Shown here piece by piece: positions 63,770-64,000 of a stretch of DNA of 64,000 nt. Both the position numbers and the translations under genes were made by a program. How positions within the stretch are numbered: the first letter of the stretch is position 1; each line of letters starts with the position of its first letter. Origin of the DNA: Squalus acanthias (lineage: Eukaryota); NCBI GenBank assembly GCA_030390025.1, contig CM059438.1, forward strand, positions 7,502,001 through 7,566,000. Direction: 5' to 3'. The notes beneath the pieces were generated by a model. It ran no database searches. It was not told the DNA's origin and saw nothing but the letters and a program-made list of their open reading frames with translations.

Positions 63770-64000
63770 ACAACAATAGCAGCAACAACAACTTGCATTT
63801 ATGTAGTGCCTTTAACATAGTAAAACGTCCCAAGGCGATTCACAGGAGCGTTATCAAAAAGAATTTGACACCAAGCCACAGAAGCAGATATTAGGACAGG
63901 TGAGCGAATGCTTGATCAAAGAGGCGGAGAGGTTTAAGGAGGGAATTCCAGAAATTAGGGCCTAGGCAGCTGAAGGCACGGCCGCCAGTGGTGGAGCGCT
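63770..64000 (-). mobile_element. L2 LINE 3' end
   Basis: (CAA)n tail and reverse similarity to 8150-8400. Confidence 0.85.

Noticed and set aside
1-64000. Neighbouring SorCS exons (VILILTKL... upstream, IMLL.DPE... downstream)
   Set aside because: Not found by eye. They probably lie outside the window, although I could have missed a short exon.

Overview
Vertebrate genomic DNA, very likely a shark (cartilaginous fish), judged from its Deu-domain SINEs, CR1/L2 LINEs and Penelope remnants. The only host coding sequence I recognise is one 100-bp exon (26637-26736, + strand) of a SORCS1/SORCS3-type VPS10-domain receptor, so the window is essentially two large introns. The rest is dense with transposons: CR1 and L2 fragments, two SINE families with their partner LINEs, a solo LTR, a hAT MITE, Penelope-like inserts (one with an intact minimal hammerhead ribozyme core) and many PIF/Harbinger elements with 3-bp TSDs. 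Highlights: (1) Harbinger elements that carry a spliced Myb/SANT gene but no transposase core, two of them sharing one deletion junction; (2) a 1.1-kb inverted-repeat-bounded element holding a decayed ~310-codon frame with Ig-like glycoprotein features; (3) the hammerhead motif. Family names come from motif recognition by eye, not database searches. Boundaries without a stated TSD are approximate.
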